NCBI GenBank assembly: GCA_963665255.1
Contig: OY762210.1
Span: forward strand, 1,090,866-1,154,865
Direction of reading: 5' to 3'
DNA from: Dehalococcoidia bacterium
Lineage (GTDB): Bacteria; Chloroflexota; Dehalococcoidia; Lucifugimonadales; UBA1123
DNA length: 64,000 bases
How positions within the stretch are numbered: the stretch's first letter is position 1; each line of letters begins with the position of its first letter. The notes under the pieces are model-generated. The model did no database searches. It was not told where the DNA came from and saw nothing but the letters and a program-made list of their open reading frames with translations. This document shows, piece by piece, positions 36,213-45,432 of the stretch. The translations under genes and the position numbers were made by a program.

Positions 36213-36958
36213 CAAGGTTTTTCCAGATCGGATTTCACCGATGCGGCACAACGTCTATTCACAAGTTCTTCGAGGCGAACGGCATTCCGAGCATTCATCA
36301 TGACAATGGTCGGCTCGCAGCGACTATGTTCGACAATCTTACGCGGAGCAGGTACATCCTTGAGGGTTACGAATCGTTTCGTGCATTCAGCGATATGGAA
36401 TTGTTCACTCACGACACCTATCTAGAGGCCTACAAACTATATCCCCAGATCATGAACCAGGTTCCAGATTCCAAATTCATACTGAACATTAGGGATCCCG
36501 ACCGATGGATTATGAGTCGCTTGATTCATCCCAGCACACGCCGACCCAATAGTCAGTCAGAGCAGGTTATTTACCGTGGCAAAAGGGTCGTAACCGGTAG
36601 CCTCTATGAAAGGTATAAGTCCTATTATGGGCTTCATGATGTCGACGAAGTTACGGCTCACATGAGAACTCAGTGGGACAGACACATCGCTTCGGTAAAC
36701 GATTCTATTCCGTCAAGTCGCCTGTTGGTGTTCAATATAGAGTTGGACTCGCCTTTAGCTCTTTGTAGATACGTAGGGCTCGACGATTCAGCTGCGGTTC
36801 ACTACGGAATGACGAATAGTTCGGATGCACAGGCTGTTCGGTACCTGCGTGGTCATCTTCCGACTAGGCTACTAAGAGCCATACCGAAGCCCGTTAAGAG
36901 GTCAGTTGTCGACCTGCTCAACGGCTTTAGTCGACGACTTGGTACACCGGGGAACTAA
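36209..36958 (+). CDS. Sulfotransferase-family protein (Sulfotransfer_4-like)
   Basis: The PAPS 5'-phosphosulfate loop-like sequence is QIGFHRCGTTSIHKFF. ILNIRDPDRWIMS and LLVFNIELDSPLALCRYVGL match my memory of the PF17784 pattern. Confidence 0.55.
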   Translation: MTRFFQIGFHRCGTTSIHKFFEANGIPSIHHDNGRLAATMFDNLTRSRYILEGYESFRAFSDMELFTHDTYLEAYKLYPQIMNQVPDSKFILNIRDPDRWIMSRLIHPSTRRPNSQSEQVIYRGKRVVTGSLYERYKSYYGLHDVDEVTAHMRTQWDRHIASVNDSIPSSRLLVFNIELDSPLALCRYVGLDDSAAVHYGMTNSSDAQAVRYLRGHLPTRLLRAIPKPVKRSVVDLLNGFSRRLGTPGN

Positions 36959-36970
36959 TCTGCAACTAGG

Positions 36971-38005
36971 ATGACAGGCTTGCCGCTCTCCTCAAGTCTA
37001 CAAATCTGTATCTTATTTGACGCCATCGATGCCCCGACAGGTGGAGGAAATCAGTTCTTGAAGGCGCTCGCCCTGCAACTGAGAGAAAAAGGGCATCGTG
37101 TCACTAGGAGACCCAATCGGAGTACCCAGGCGGTACTTCTCAACGGATTTAACTACGCCTCAGGGAAACCCCTCCGCGTTCGCCAAGTTGCCCAGTTGAG
37201 GCAGACAGGCAGGATGTCTCTGATGGGGGAGATCGTCCCGGTTAGCTTGCAGCTTCGAAGGGCGAGGACTGGCCCTGCACTCATCCACCGTGTCGATGGT
37301 GTACCCGAACTGGTCCGCGGACACAAGGGCCGAGCAGACGAGGTGCAGACTACCGTCAACGGATTGACGGATTATACTGTTTTCCAGACAGAATATTGCA
37401 GGGACAGTTTCGCCCAACACTGCGGAATCACTCCTACTATTTCAAGTACCATAAACAATGCAGTTGACCCTGCGATTTTCTTTCCAAACTCTAGATCATC
37501 ATCGTCATCTCAGGTGTTACGATTAGTAGCTGTGTCTTGGTCACCCAACAGGAGGAAGGGTTTCGACACCTTGGCACAGGTCTCAAGACTACCGGACGTG
37601 GAGCTTACTTTCGTTGGCAACTGGTGTCCCAACGTCGACCCCAGCAACGTAAAACTGGCCGGCATTCAAGACTCGCAGGGAGTATCAGAGATCATGCGTG
37701 TCTCCCATGCGATGGTCCACGCCGCATGGAATGAGCCCTGCTCCAACGCTATAGTCGAGGCCATGGCGTGCGGCCTACCTGTCCTCTATCGCGACTCTGG
37801 TGGTAACCGGGAACTGGCCGGAGAATACGGTGTAGCGTTGACTGAAGACCTCTCACAAGATATTGAAAATCTGAGAGAGCAGTATGAAGCTCTCAGAGAA
37901 AAGGTGCTTCACGACCGTTCCAGATTCCTCATCACCAGGGCAGCAAATGAGTATCTGTCTACCTTAAAAGAGGCAATAGCGGCACACCAGAGGGAACTAT
38001 CGTGA
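36971..38005 (+). CDS. Glycosyltransferase, GT-B group 1
   Basis: The C-terminal region is VHAAWNEPCSNAIVEAMACGLPVLYRDSGGNRELAG. Confidence 0.7.
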   Translation: MTGLPLSSSLQICILFDAIDAPTGGGNQFLKALALQLREKGHRVTRRPNRSTQAVLLNGFNYASGKPLRVRQVAQLRQTGRMSLMGEIVPVSLQLRRARTGPALIHRVDGVPELVRGHKGRADEVQTTVNGLTDYTVFQTEYCRDSFAQHCGITPTISSTINNAVDPAIFFPNSRSSSSSQVLRLVAVSWSPNRRKGFDTLAQVSRLPDVELTFVGNWCPNVDPSNVKLAGIQDSQGVSEIMRVSHAMVHAAWNEPCSNAIVEAMACGLPVLYRDSGGNRELAGEYGVALTEDLSQDIENLREQYEALREKVLHDRSRFLITRAANEYLSTLKEAIAAHQRELS

Positions 38006-38883
38006 ACCTGGCTCCGACTGGTGCAAGAGTCACTCCGTTACTCGCCAAACTCGCTGCCCTGAATACCACAGATGATCCTCGATCATGGTATGAAGAAGTC
38101 ACAGGGGTTCTTCGTGGAGGAGATGGAGGAGAGCATGGGCTACTTCTCTATAAACTGGTCAACTCCATCCGGTCGGATACTGGTCCTGTAATTCTCGACA
38201 TTGGGACGGCGAGAGGATTCTCGGCCATTGCTATGGCGCGGGCACTGCTCGATGCGAATTCGAATGGTACGGTCTATACGATCGATGTTGTTGACCACGA
38301 TAGCCAAATTGCTTGGCACGGTAGCAAAAATGACCCGGCCGAACCACTCGCAGGACTGACCATCAGCCGCTCTGACATATGGACGCGCTGGTTTGCAGAA
38401 GAATCTGCCCGCGTTACGCCCATCTGCAGCCCGTCGCATGAAGTCCTTCAAGACTGGCGCTACGGCCCAATAGACATCGCATTCATTGACGGCGATCACA
38501 CCTACGGTGCGGTAAAGCGTGATCTGTCTCTTCTTGAGAACATGTTGACACCTGGAGGTGTCATAGTGCTTGATGACTATCACACTGGAATGTGCATGGG
38601 AGCCTTTCGGTCGCGTCCGCTGAACGGAGCAATCCAGTTGATGGGTCGCGCTGTGAAACAAGTTTGGCCATCCATGTCCGACAGGCTGAGCCTGGGTACA
38701 GGTAACGAGTTCGTTGTTGTCAAGCGTCGATACGCGGGAATCTACAGGGCGGTGAACGAGTTTCTCATGGAACGAAGTCCCAAGTGGGCGCTGGAGGTAG
38801 TATCTATGCCACCCAGAGGCGATTACCACGAAGCCGACTACTCATTGGCCCTAGTGACGAGGAGAAATACTGCTAGTGCGTAG
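38002..38883 (+). CDS. Class I SAM-dependent methyltransferase (Methyltransf_24-like)
   Basis: The motifs ILDIGTARGFSAIAMA (motif I), IDIAFIDGDHTYGAVKRDL and GGVIVLDDY are present. Confidence 0.65.
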   Translation: MNLAPTGARVTPLLAKLAALNTTDDPRSWYEEVTGVLRGGDGGEHGLLLYKLVNSIRSDTGPVILDIGTARGFSAIAMARALLDANSNGTVYTIDVVDHDSQIAWHGSKNDPAEPLAGLTISRSDIWTRWFAEESARVTPICSPSHEVLQDWRYGPIDIAFIDGDHTYGAVKRDLSLLENMLTPGGVIVLDDYHTGMCMGAFRSRPLNGAIQLMGRAVKQVWPSMSDRLSLGTGNEFVVVKRRYAGIYRAVNEFLMERSPKWALEVVSMPPRGDYHEADYSLALVTRRNTASA

Positions 38884-39607
38884 TGTACTTCCAAGAGCCG
38901 TCAAAGAGAGAGCACGCACGTTGGCACGCGACGTGTTAGGGCTGGATATACGTTTCGCCCGTGCCCGTGGGTTCGACCTCAAGACCTATGAGATGACTGC
39001 CAAGTACACCAGTCGGCTGCTCCACTTTGAACAGATAATGAGGCAGATCGAAGACGTAGAAGGGCGCATCGTTGAATGCGGCGTTGGTCCGGGACGGTCA
39101 ATCTTCGCGTTTTCACTGATATCCCAGTCACTAGGTCATGCTAGAGAGATTTGGGGTTTTGACACCTTTAGAGGTCTACCTCCACCGACCCCGGAAGATG
39201 GTAAGTCCAATACTCATAAGACAGGCTGGTTCAGCTACTCACAGGGGCAGGTAACGGAGCTACTGCGATACAATGGCATTGACCAGACCTTCATTTCCGA
39301 GAACATCAGATTGTTTCCAGGAACATTCAGCGAGTCCTTGCCCAACTATGACGGGGGTCCCATTGCACTCCTCCACATAGACGTCGATTTCTATGAATCG
39401 TACAAGGCCGCGCTAGAACTGTTGTGGGAATTCGTAGCTCCGGGTGGGATCACCGCATTTGACGAATATCGCAACCCATCTTGGCCTGGGGCAACGCAGG
39501 CAATTGATGAATTCTTTGCTGATCTCCCCGAAGAGATCGCTAAGTCTCCAGTCACTGAACTCTATTATGTCGTGAAGAAAGGCAACCGACCTCTTAAAAC
39601 CAGATGA
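38876..39607 (+). CDS. TylF/MycF-family (macrocin-type) O-methyltransferase
   Basis: The start is GTG. The motifs IVECGVGPGRS, LLHIDVDFYESYKAALE and GGITAFDEY...WPGATQAIDEF are present. Confidence 0.7.
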   Translation: MRSVLPRAVKERARTLARDVLGLDIRFARARGFDLKTYEMTAKYTSRLLHFEQIMRQIEDVEGRIVECGVGPGRSIFAFSLISQSLGHAREIWGFDTFRGLPPPTPEDGKSNTHKTGWFSYSQGQVTELLRYNGIDQTFISENIRLFPGTFSESLPNYDGGPIALLHIDVDFYESYKAALELLWEFVAPGGITAFDEYRNPSWPGATQAIDEFFADLPEEIAKSPVTELYYVVKKGNRPLKTR

Positions 39608-39716
39608 GTCTCAACCTGTTCACACCTCGTATACGCTTCCTTCCCAGCATCAGCAGAGCGGTTCGGATCCGCTGCGCACGACATTGCGTTATGACTACGC
39701 TGGAAGGTAGGCATAC

Positions 39717-40397
39717 ATGCTAAAAGAACTTTATGCGGGGCGAAGTGTCCATCGTGCACTCTTGCACGAAAAGGTAAGGGTAGACGTTCAGGCAACAGGA
39801 ACTCTGCTTGATCTGGGAGGTGGCCGCAGACAATCCTATCTTGAATATATGGATCTAACTCAGGTTGAGCGTTTCATTGTGCTTGACCTAGCATTTGGAG
39901 AAATCTCGGCCCTGCGACCTGAGTGGGACCAGGTGAAGGGCTCAGTTACAGACATGCCTATCGAGGCAAACACAATAAATACGGTACTTTGTTTTAGCCT
40001 GTTGGAGCATGTATACGACTATCAGCGGGCGCTCAACGAAATTCAAAGAGTGATGAGGAGCGGTGCTTTCCTGTATGGTTGGGTTCCGTTTGCGTTTCCT
40101 GTGCATGGCGCACCATACGACTATTGGAGGTACACTGAACTATCGCTGCGGAACATAATCTCCAGTTCCGGTCTTGTCCCCACTAAGATCGAGAGCCGTG
40201 GCAATACCTTTCTGGTAATAGCTGATCTTCTCTTGCCCTACTGTCGGTTCAGCTTCCTTACCCCTTTTGCTCGTGTAGGATTAACAGCCCTCGCTCAAAT
40301 TGCCGCCGCCGTGGCTGCTAGCATCGCGAGACGCCGTGATTCACCGCTGCCCTACAATTGTCCCAGTGGTATCTGGTTTTCTTGCACAAAACCATAG
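39717..40397 (+). CDS. Class I SAM-dependent methyltransferase (Methyltransf_11-like) with a hydrophobic C-terminal tail
   Basis: The motifs LLDLGGGRRQ (motif I) and VLCFSLLEHVYDYQRALNEIQRVMRSGAFLYGWVPF are present. Confidence 0.65.
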   Translation: MLKELYAGRSVHRALLHEKVRVDVQATGTLLDLGGGRRQSYLEYMDLTQVERFIVLDLAFGEISALRPEWDQVKGSVTDMPIEANTINTVLCFSLLEHVYDYQRALNEIQRVMRSGAFLYGWVPFAFPVHGAPYDYWRYTELSLRNIISSSGLVPTKIESRGNTFLVIADLLLPYCRFSFLTPFARVGLTALAQIAAAVAASIARRRDSPLPYNCPSGIWFSCTKP

Positions 40398-40486
40398 ACT
40401 CTGCAACCGCCACCGGTACCATCTGGCACCAGCAGGAAGGAACCAACTGAATGGTGAGTGTACAATAAGCTCCAACATCATCAGTA

Positions 40487-41635
40487 GTGGCTGATATCCG
40501 TTCAGGTCTTAGACTTGGACGAGACAGAATTAGGCAATTGGTGGTAAGGGTATCCTTGCACTTCCTTTTCACCGCTCCCCGATACCATACAAACCAGCAC
40601 TTCGCAGCAAAGGCCCTTCTCGATGCTGGGCACGAAGTGTCGTTCTTGGCGCTGACGAGACGGCGTAGTGAAGTTTACGATGTGCTGTGTCCAGCCGTTT
40701 TGGGGATTTCGGCTAGTTTGCGGAAAGTCGGCCTAAGTGTGCCCACACCGTCAGCTTTCGTGACTAAATTGACGAGAGCGAAGCCCGATGCAGTTGTAGT
40801 CCGAAATCCTAACTCAGCCTATGGCTTCATGTCTGCCGCCACAGCCAGGTTCATGGGCCGCACTGTTGTCTTCTATAGCCAGACCCCCATGCACCGCAAG
40901 CTCAAGTGGTGGGAGAGACTCGTCCGCGCCTTTCCCGCCTGGATTGCAGGGGCTAAGTGGATCACACCCGTACTAGGCTCACCTGAAGACTATCCCCCCG
41001 CCTTCAAAGCCTTGCGGTTTGTGCCATTCGTGATGGAGCCTCAGACCCCACCCGAGAATCGGGAGTGGTTCCGAGGTAACTTTGTAAACATCCTCTGTAT
41101 AGCTAAATTCATGAGACGTAAGAACCACGACCTCTTTGTGCGGGCCATCGCTAGACTCAGTGAGAAGTACGAAGTCAGTGGCACCATAATTGGAGAGTGT
41201 ACGACGAGCGACAATGAGGCACTACTTGCAGAGGTCAGTCACCTTGCCTCACTCTTGAGAATGGAAGAACGGGTCCAGATCAAGTTGAATCTCCCGTATT
41301 CTGACGTACAGAGTGAATACGTTAGGCACGACCTGTTCGTTCTCCCAAGTAGGGATGAGCCTGCCGCTGTCTCCCCCTTAGAGGCCATGTCGCACTCTCT
41401 CCCAGTCATCTGCAGCGACTCCAACGGCACCCAGTGCTACATCCGTCCCGGCGAAAACGGCTACATCTTCAGGACCGACGACCTCGACGACCTGGTCAAG
41501 TGCATGGAGCGCATCATCAGCGACCGCGACCGCCTAAAGCAGATGGGGGCCAGAAGCTACGAGCTTGTCCTTACCGAGCACTCCCCAGCCAGGTATGTCG
41601 AGAAGATGGTCGCAATCGCCGAAGGGCACGGCTGA
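40487..41635 (+). CDS. Glycosyltransferase, GT4
   Basis: The C-terminal region is LFVLPSRDEPAAVSPLEAMSHSLPVICSDSNGTQCYIRPGENGYIF. The true start may be TTG/GTG near 40538-40541. Confidence 0.75.
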   Translation: MADIRSGLRLGRDRIRQLVVRVSLHFLFTAPRYHTNQHFAAKALLDAGHEVSFLALTRRRSEVYDVLCPAVLGISASLRKVGLSVPTPSAFVTKLTRAKPDAVVVRNPNSAYGFMSAATARFMGRTVVFYSQTPMHRKLKWWERLVRAFPAWIAGAKWITPVLGSPEDYPPAFKALRFVPFVMEPQTPPENREWFRGNFVNILCIAKFMRRKNHDLFVRAIARLSEKYEVSGTIIGECTTSDNEALLAEVSHLASLLRMEERVQIKLNLPYSDVQSEYVRHDLFVLPSRDEPAAVSPLEAMSHSLPVICSDSNGTQCYIRPGENGYIFRTDDLDDLVKCMERIISDRDRLKQMGARSYELVLTEHSPARYVEKMVAIAEGHG

Positions 41636-41636
41636 A

Positions 41637-42749
41637 GTGCAGGGTCAGCCCATCGCCCTTTTCGTCCCATCCCTTCACGGCGGCGGTGCAGAGCGCGTGA
41701 TGCTGGACATCGCCGCAGGGCTTGTGGACAGGGGAGTGCCCGTTCACCTTGTACTTGTCAAGGCAGAGGGACAATACCTCGATCTCGTGCCGGAGGGTGT
41801 GCGACTAATAGACCTAAACTCCCACAGGACTGCCGCCAGCCTGTTCAAACTGGTCCGCTATATCCGGCGAGAACAGCCCATCGCTCTGCTTTCCACGCTC
41901 ACCCAGGCCAGCGTGATCGCGCTCGTCGCGAAGCTCATGCTGCGCGGAAATCTCCGTGTTGTGACTCGCATTGCCAACACGTACAGCGAAGAATTCGCGA
42001 CCGGATCTTTCAAGCACAGGCAGGCGCTGCGCTTTCTGAGAGGGCTGTTTCCAATAGCCGATGGAATAGTCGTCGTGTCAAAAGGAGTCGCTGACGACTT
42101 GCAGGCTCTGGTTCCCAACATGTCTCACAAGGTTACGACTATCTACAATCCCGTCGTCCGCCCCCAGATTGTCGATCAGGCTCAAACACCCTCAGAGCAC
42201 CCTTGGTTTAGTCATAGGACTGCACCGGTGATACTCTCCGCCGGCCGTCTCACGACCGTTAAGGACCACGCCACCCTGTTAAAAGCATTTGCACTGGTGT
42301 TCCTGAAGCGACGGGTCAGACTTGTAATACTTGGCGATGGACCGGAGCGGGAGACTCTCCTGAAGTTGGCTGAGCAACTCGAGTTATCCGAGCACGTGGA
42401 CTTACCTGGTTTTAAGGTCAACCCCTTTACTTACATGTCCAAGGCAAGGGCGTTTGTACTTTCTTCCCGCTACGAAGGATTTCCGAATGTGCTGGTACAG
42501 GCTATGGCCTGTGGAACTCCGGTCGTGAGCACCGACTGTCTCAGCGGACCTGGTGAGATCCTTGAAGATGGTAAGTGGGGACATCTGGTTCCCGTGGGCG
42601 ACTGGCGGGCCATGGCAGAAGCAATCATCGAGACTCTGGACAACCCGATTCCATCCGAGCAACTTATCTCCAGAGCATCGATTTACTCCGCAGACTCTTC
42701 CATAGACCGCTACCTGGAAGTCCTGACAGGCTCTCGAATAAGTGACTGA
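41637..42749 (+). CDS. Glycosyltransferase, GT4
   Basis: The GTG at 41637 lies 1 nt after the preceding stop. The sequence (V)QGQPIALFVPSLHGGGAERVMLD...FVLSSRYEGFPNVLVQAMACGTPVVSTDCLSGPGEIL is present. Confidence 0.8.
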   Translation: MQGQPIALFVPSLHGGGAERVMLDIAAGLVDRGVPVHLVLVKAEGQYLDLVPEGVRLIDLNSHRTAASLFKLVRYIRREQPIALLSTLTQASVIALVAKLMLRGNLRVVTRIANTYSEEFATGSFKHRQALRFLRGLFPIADGIVVVSKGVADDLQALVPNMSHKVTTIYNPVVRPQIVDQAQTPSEHPWFSHRTAPVILSAGRLTTVKDHATLLKAFALVFLKRRVRLVILGDGPERETLLKLAEQLELSEHVDLPGFKVNPFTYMSKARAFVLSSRYEGFPNVLVQAMACGTPVVSTDCLSGPGEILEDGKWGHLVPVGDWRAMAEAIIETLDNPIPSEQLISRASIYSADSSIDRYLEVLTGSRISD

Positions 42750-43932
42750 TCACCTCCCCCCATCCGTCGCCATTGTCTCGAACTCCGACACCAACATCTA
42801 CCAATTTCGCGCCCCTATCATGCGCAAGCTCATCGATGCAGGCGTTCGGGTGTACGCCATCGCTCCACCGGGCCGTTTCGTCACCGATATTGAGAGCATG
42901 GGGGTCGAGTTCGTCCCTTGGAATCTCAATAGGAGAAGCCTGAACCCGTTTGTGGAAATCGGACCTCTATTCGAGCTCATCGGCATTTACCGTCGCATCA
43001 AGCCCGACCTCGCCCAGCACTTCACCGTCAAGCCCAACGTGTACGGCGCCATAGCCTCTAGGATCGCCGGAGTCCCTCTCGTGTTCGGGGGTGTGACCGG
43101 GCTGGGGACTGCGTTCGCCTCCGGCGGACCTCTGCGGCAGATGCTCCGCTTGGCAGTAAAGCTCCTCTACCGGCTCGCCACGGCACTTAGCGACAGGGTC
43201 ACCTTCCAGACCGAGCACGATGCACGACTCCTCTATGGCGAATCAGGAGCTGAGAAGGCGCTTGTGATACGTGGCGGGTCATCCGTTGATCTCGCCACCT
43301 ACAACCAGAACGCAGTCCCGCAGTCAGCTCGAGACCGTATCAGGATCAAGTTGGGAATTGCCCGTTCACATCTCATCGTCACAATGGCATCCCGCCTTCT
43401 GTACGACAAGGGAGTCGCTGAGTACGTCCAAGCCGCTCGGAGAATCAAGGACACTCGGTCCGACGTGCACATTCTGCTGGCAGGGGAGAGAGACCCCGGC
43501 AACCGCGACTCGGTCACCAGTGGAGACCTGCAACAGTGGTCAGAAGAGGGCAGCATCAAGTACATCGGCTATCGCGATGACGTGCCTGCGCTGCTCGCCA
43601 CATCAGACGTGGTTGCACTTCCCACGTACTATCCAGAAGGCATCCCCCGCGTACTCATCGAGGCTGCTGCAATGTCCAGGCCCATCGTCTCGACCACCAT
43701 CCCGGGCGTTGCCGAGATCGTTGAGGACGGCATCAACGGCACCCTGGTCCCTCCGAGAGATGCGACCGCCCTCGCCGAGGCAATTGAGGGGCTTCTGGAC
43801 GATCCACAGCTAAGGGAACAGTACGGAGCCGCAGGTCGGCTGAAGGCTGAACGCGAATACGACGACCGCGAAGTGGCCAGGAGATACGTCGAAGAGTATC
43901 AGAGAGCTTGGAAGAAGGTTCGCTCTCGCTGA
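42742..43932 (+). CDS. Glycosyltransferase, GT4
   Basis: The start is GTG with an 8-nt overlap. The sequence VAIVSNSDTNIYQFRAPIMRKL...VALPTYYPEGIPRVLIEAAAMSRPIVSTTIPGVAEIVEDGINGTLV is present. Confidence 0.8.
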   Translation: MTDHLPPSVAIVSNSDTNIYQFRAPIMRKLIDAGVRVYAIAPPGRFVTDIESMGVEFVPWNLNRRSLNPFVEIGPLFELIGIYRRIKPDLAQHFTVKPNVYGAIASRIAGVPLVFGGVTGLGTAFASGGPLRQMLRLAVKLLYRLATALSDRVTFQTEHDARLLYGESGAEKALVIRGGSSVDLATYNQNAVPQSARDRIRIKLGIARSHLIVTMASRLLYDKGVAEYVQAARRIKDTRSDVHILLAGERDPGNRDSVTSGDLQQWSEEGSIKYIGYRDDVPALLATSDVVALPTYYPEGIPRVLIEAAAMSRPIVSTTIPGVAEIVEDGINGTLVPPRDATALAEAIEGLLDDPQLREQYGAAGRLKAEREYDDREVARRYVEEYQRAWKKVRSR

Positions 43933-43938
43933 GTGAGC

Positions 43939-45207
43939 CTAGATATCCCGGCCCCGGCCCAAGTTCGCCAGGAACTCGGTGTTGCCCTTGGACTTCCGAA
44001 GGTGGCCCAGCAGCTTCTCAGTGGACTCGCCAGGGTACTTCTCGTCGGTGGAGATCATCGAGACCATCCGGCGCAGCAGCCAGATCTGCTTGAGCGTGCC
44101 ATCGTCCAGGAGCAGTTCCTCACGCCGCGTGCCACTTCGAGCTATGTCGATGGCCGGATAGATGCGGCGCTCGGCCAGGCGGCGGTCCAGGTGGACCTCC
44201 ATGTTGCCCGTGCCCTTGAACTCCTCGTAGATCACATCGTCCATGCGGCTGCCGGTTTCAACCAGGCACGCCGCGAGGATGGTCATGCTGCCACCCTCCT
44301 CAGTGTTGCGTGCGGCCCCAAAGAACTTCTTGGGAGGATACAGCGCAATGGGATCCATGCCGCCCGAAAGCGTTCTACCGCTGGACGGGACCGCCAGGTT
44401 GTAGGCCCTGGTGAGACGCGTGATGCTGTCCAGCAGGATAAGCACGTCCGTGCCGGCTTCCACGAGCCTCTTGGCCCGCTCCAGCACCATCTCGGCCACC
44501 CGGCAGTGGTCCTCGACCGGCTCGTCGAACGTCGAGCTGTATACCTCGCCGTCGATAGAACGACGCATGTCGGTGACCTCTTCAGGCCGCTCACCGATCA
44601 GCGCCACCATGATGTGGACGTCCGGGTGATTGGCCGTGACTCCGGCGGCGATGTCCTTCAGGATCGAGGTCTTGCCCGCCTTCGGGGGAGAGACGATCAG
44701 GCCACGCTGCCCACGTCCTGTAGGGGCTAGGAGGTCGATGAGGCGAGTTGAGAGGTTGCGGGGAGTTGTCTCGAGCTTCAGCCGCTCAATCGGGAAGATT
44801 GGTGTCAGTGACTCGAACTTCGGTCGGTCTCGAGCCGCATCCGGCTTGACGCCGTTAACCTCTTCGACGCGTACCAGTCCGAAGTAGCGCTCTCCGTCCT
44901 TTGGAGGGCGCACACGGCCGGACATCTGGTCGCCCGTTCTGAGCCCGAATCGCCTGATCTGTGACTGCGACACGTAGACATCGCTCGCACTGGAGTTGCC
45001 TGCGTCCTGCCTCAGGAATCCGTAGCCATCATTTACGATTGACAGAATTCCAGAAGCCATAATCGGTCCTGCCTTTTCGGCGACCGCCTTGGCGACCCGT
45101 GTAACCAGGTCATGACGCTTGTTTGAGCCGTTGGTGTTCGCTCCGAACTCAGTGGCGAGATTCGTAAGCTCGTCGTTGGACTTGGTCATTAGCTCCGAGA
45201 GATTCAT
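43939..45207 (-). CDS. rho: Transcription termination factor Rho
   Basis: It has an N-terminal RNA-binding domain (GYGFLR), Walker A PPKAGKT and the sequences ...LLDSITRLTRAYN and RSGTRREELL. The protein is 422 aa. Confidence 0.97.
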   Translation of the reverse strand: MNLSELMTKSNDELTNLATEFGANTNGSNKRHDLVTRVAKAVAEKAGPIMASGILSIVNDGYGFLRQDAGNSSASDVYVSQSQIRRFGLRTGDQMSGRVRPPKDGERYFGLVRVEEVNGVKPDAARDRPKFESLTPIFPIERLKLETTPRNLSTRLIDLLAPTGRGQRGLIVSPPKAGKTSILKDIAAGVTANHPDVHIMVALIGERPEEVTDMRRSIDGEVYSSTFDEPVEDHCRVAEMVLERAKRLVEAGTDVLILLDSITRLTRAYNLAVPSSGRTLSGGMDPIALYPPKKFFGAARNTEEGGSMTILAACLVETGSRMDDVIYEEFKGTGNMEVHLDRRLAERRIYPAIDIARSGTRREELLLDDGTLKQIWLLRRMVSMISTDEKYPGESTEKLLGHLRKSKGNTEFLANLGRGRDI

Positions 45208-45432
45208 GTCATTTCTCCGTCGGATGGCATGGTCAGACTATCGGCGATGTGAATTCCAGTCGCGGTGTCTGTAGTGGTAACGGTCGAGGTTTGCGATTCG
45301 ACGTGGGTGCGGCACGCTTGAGGTTCCGGCACCAATGTAAATGAGTTTATGCCGGAAGGCGTGGGAGGAAATCAAAGAATGGATCAAGAACGATCATAGC
45401 ATAGGTGAAGGGGTTATACCAACAGCCAACTG

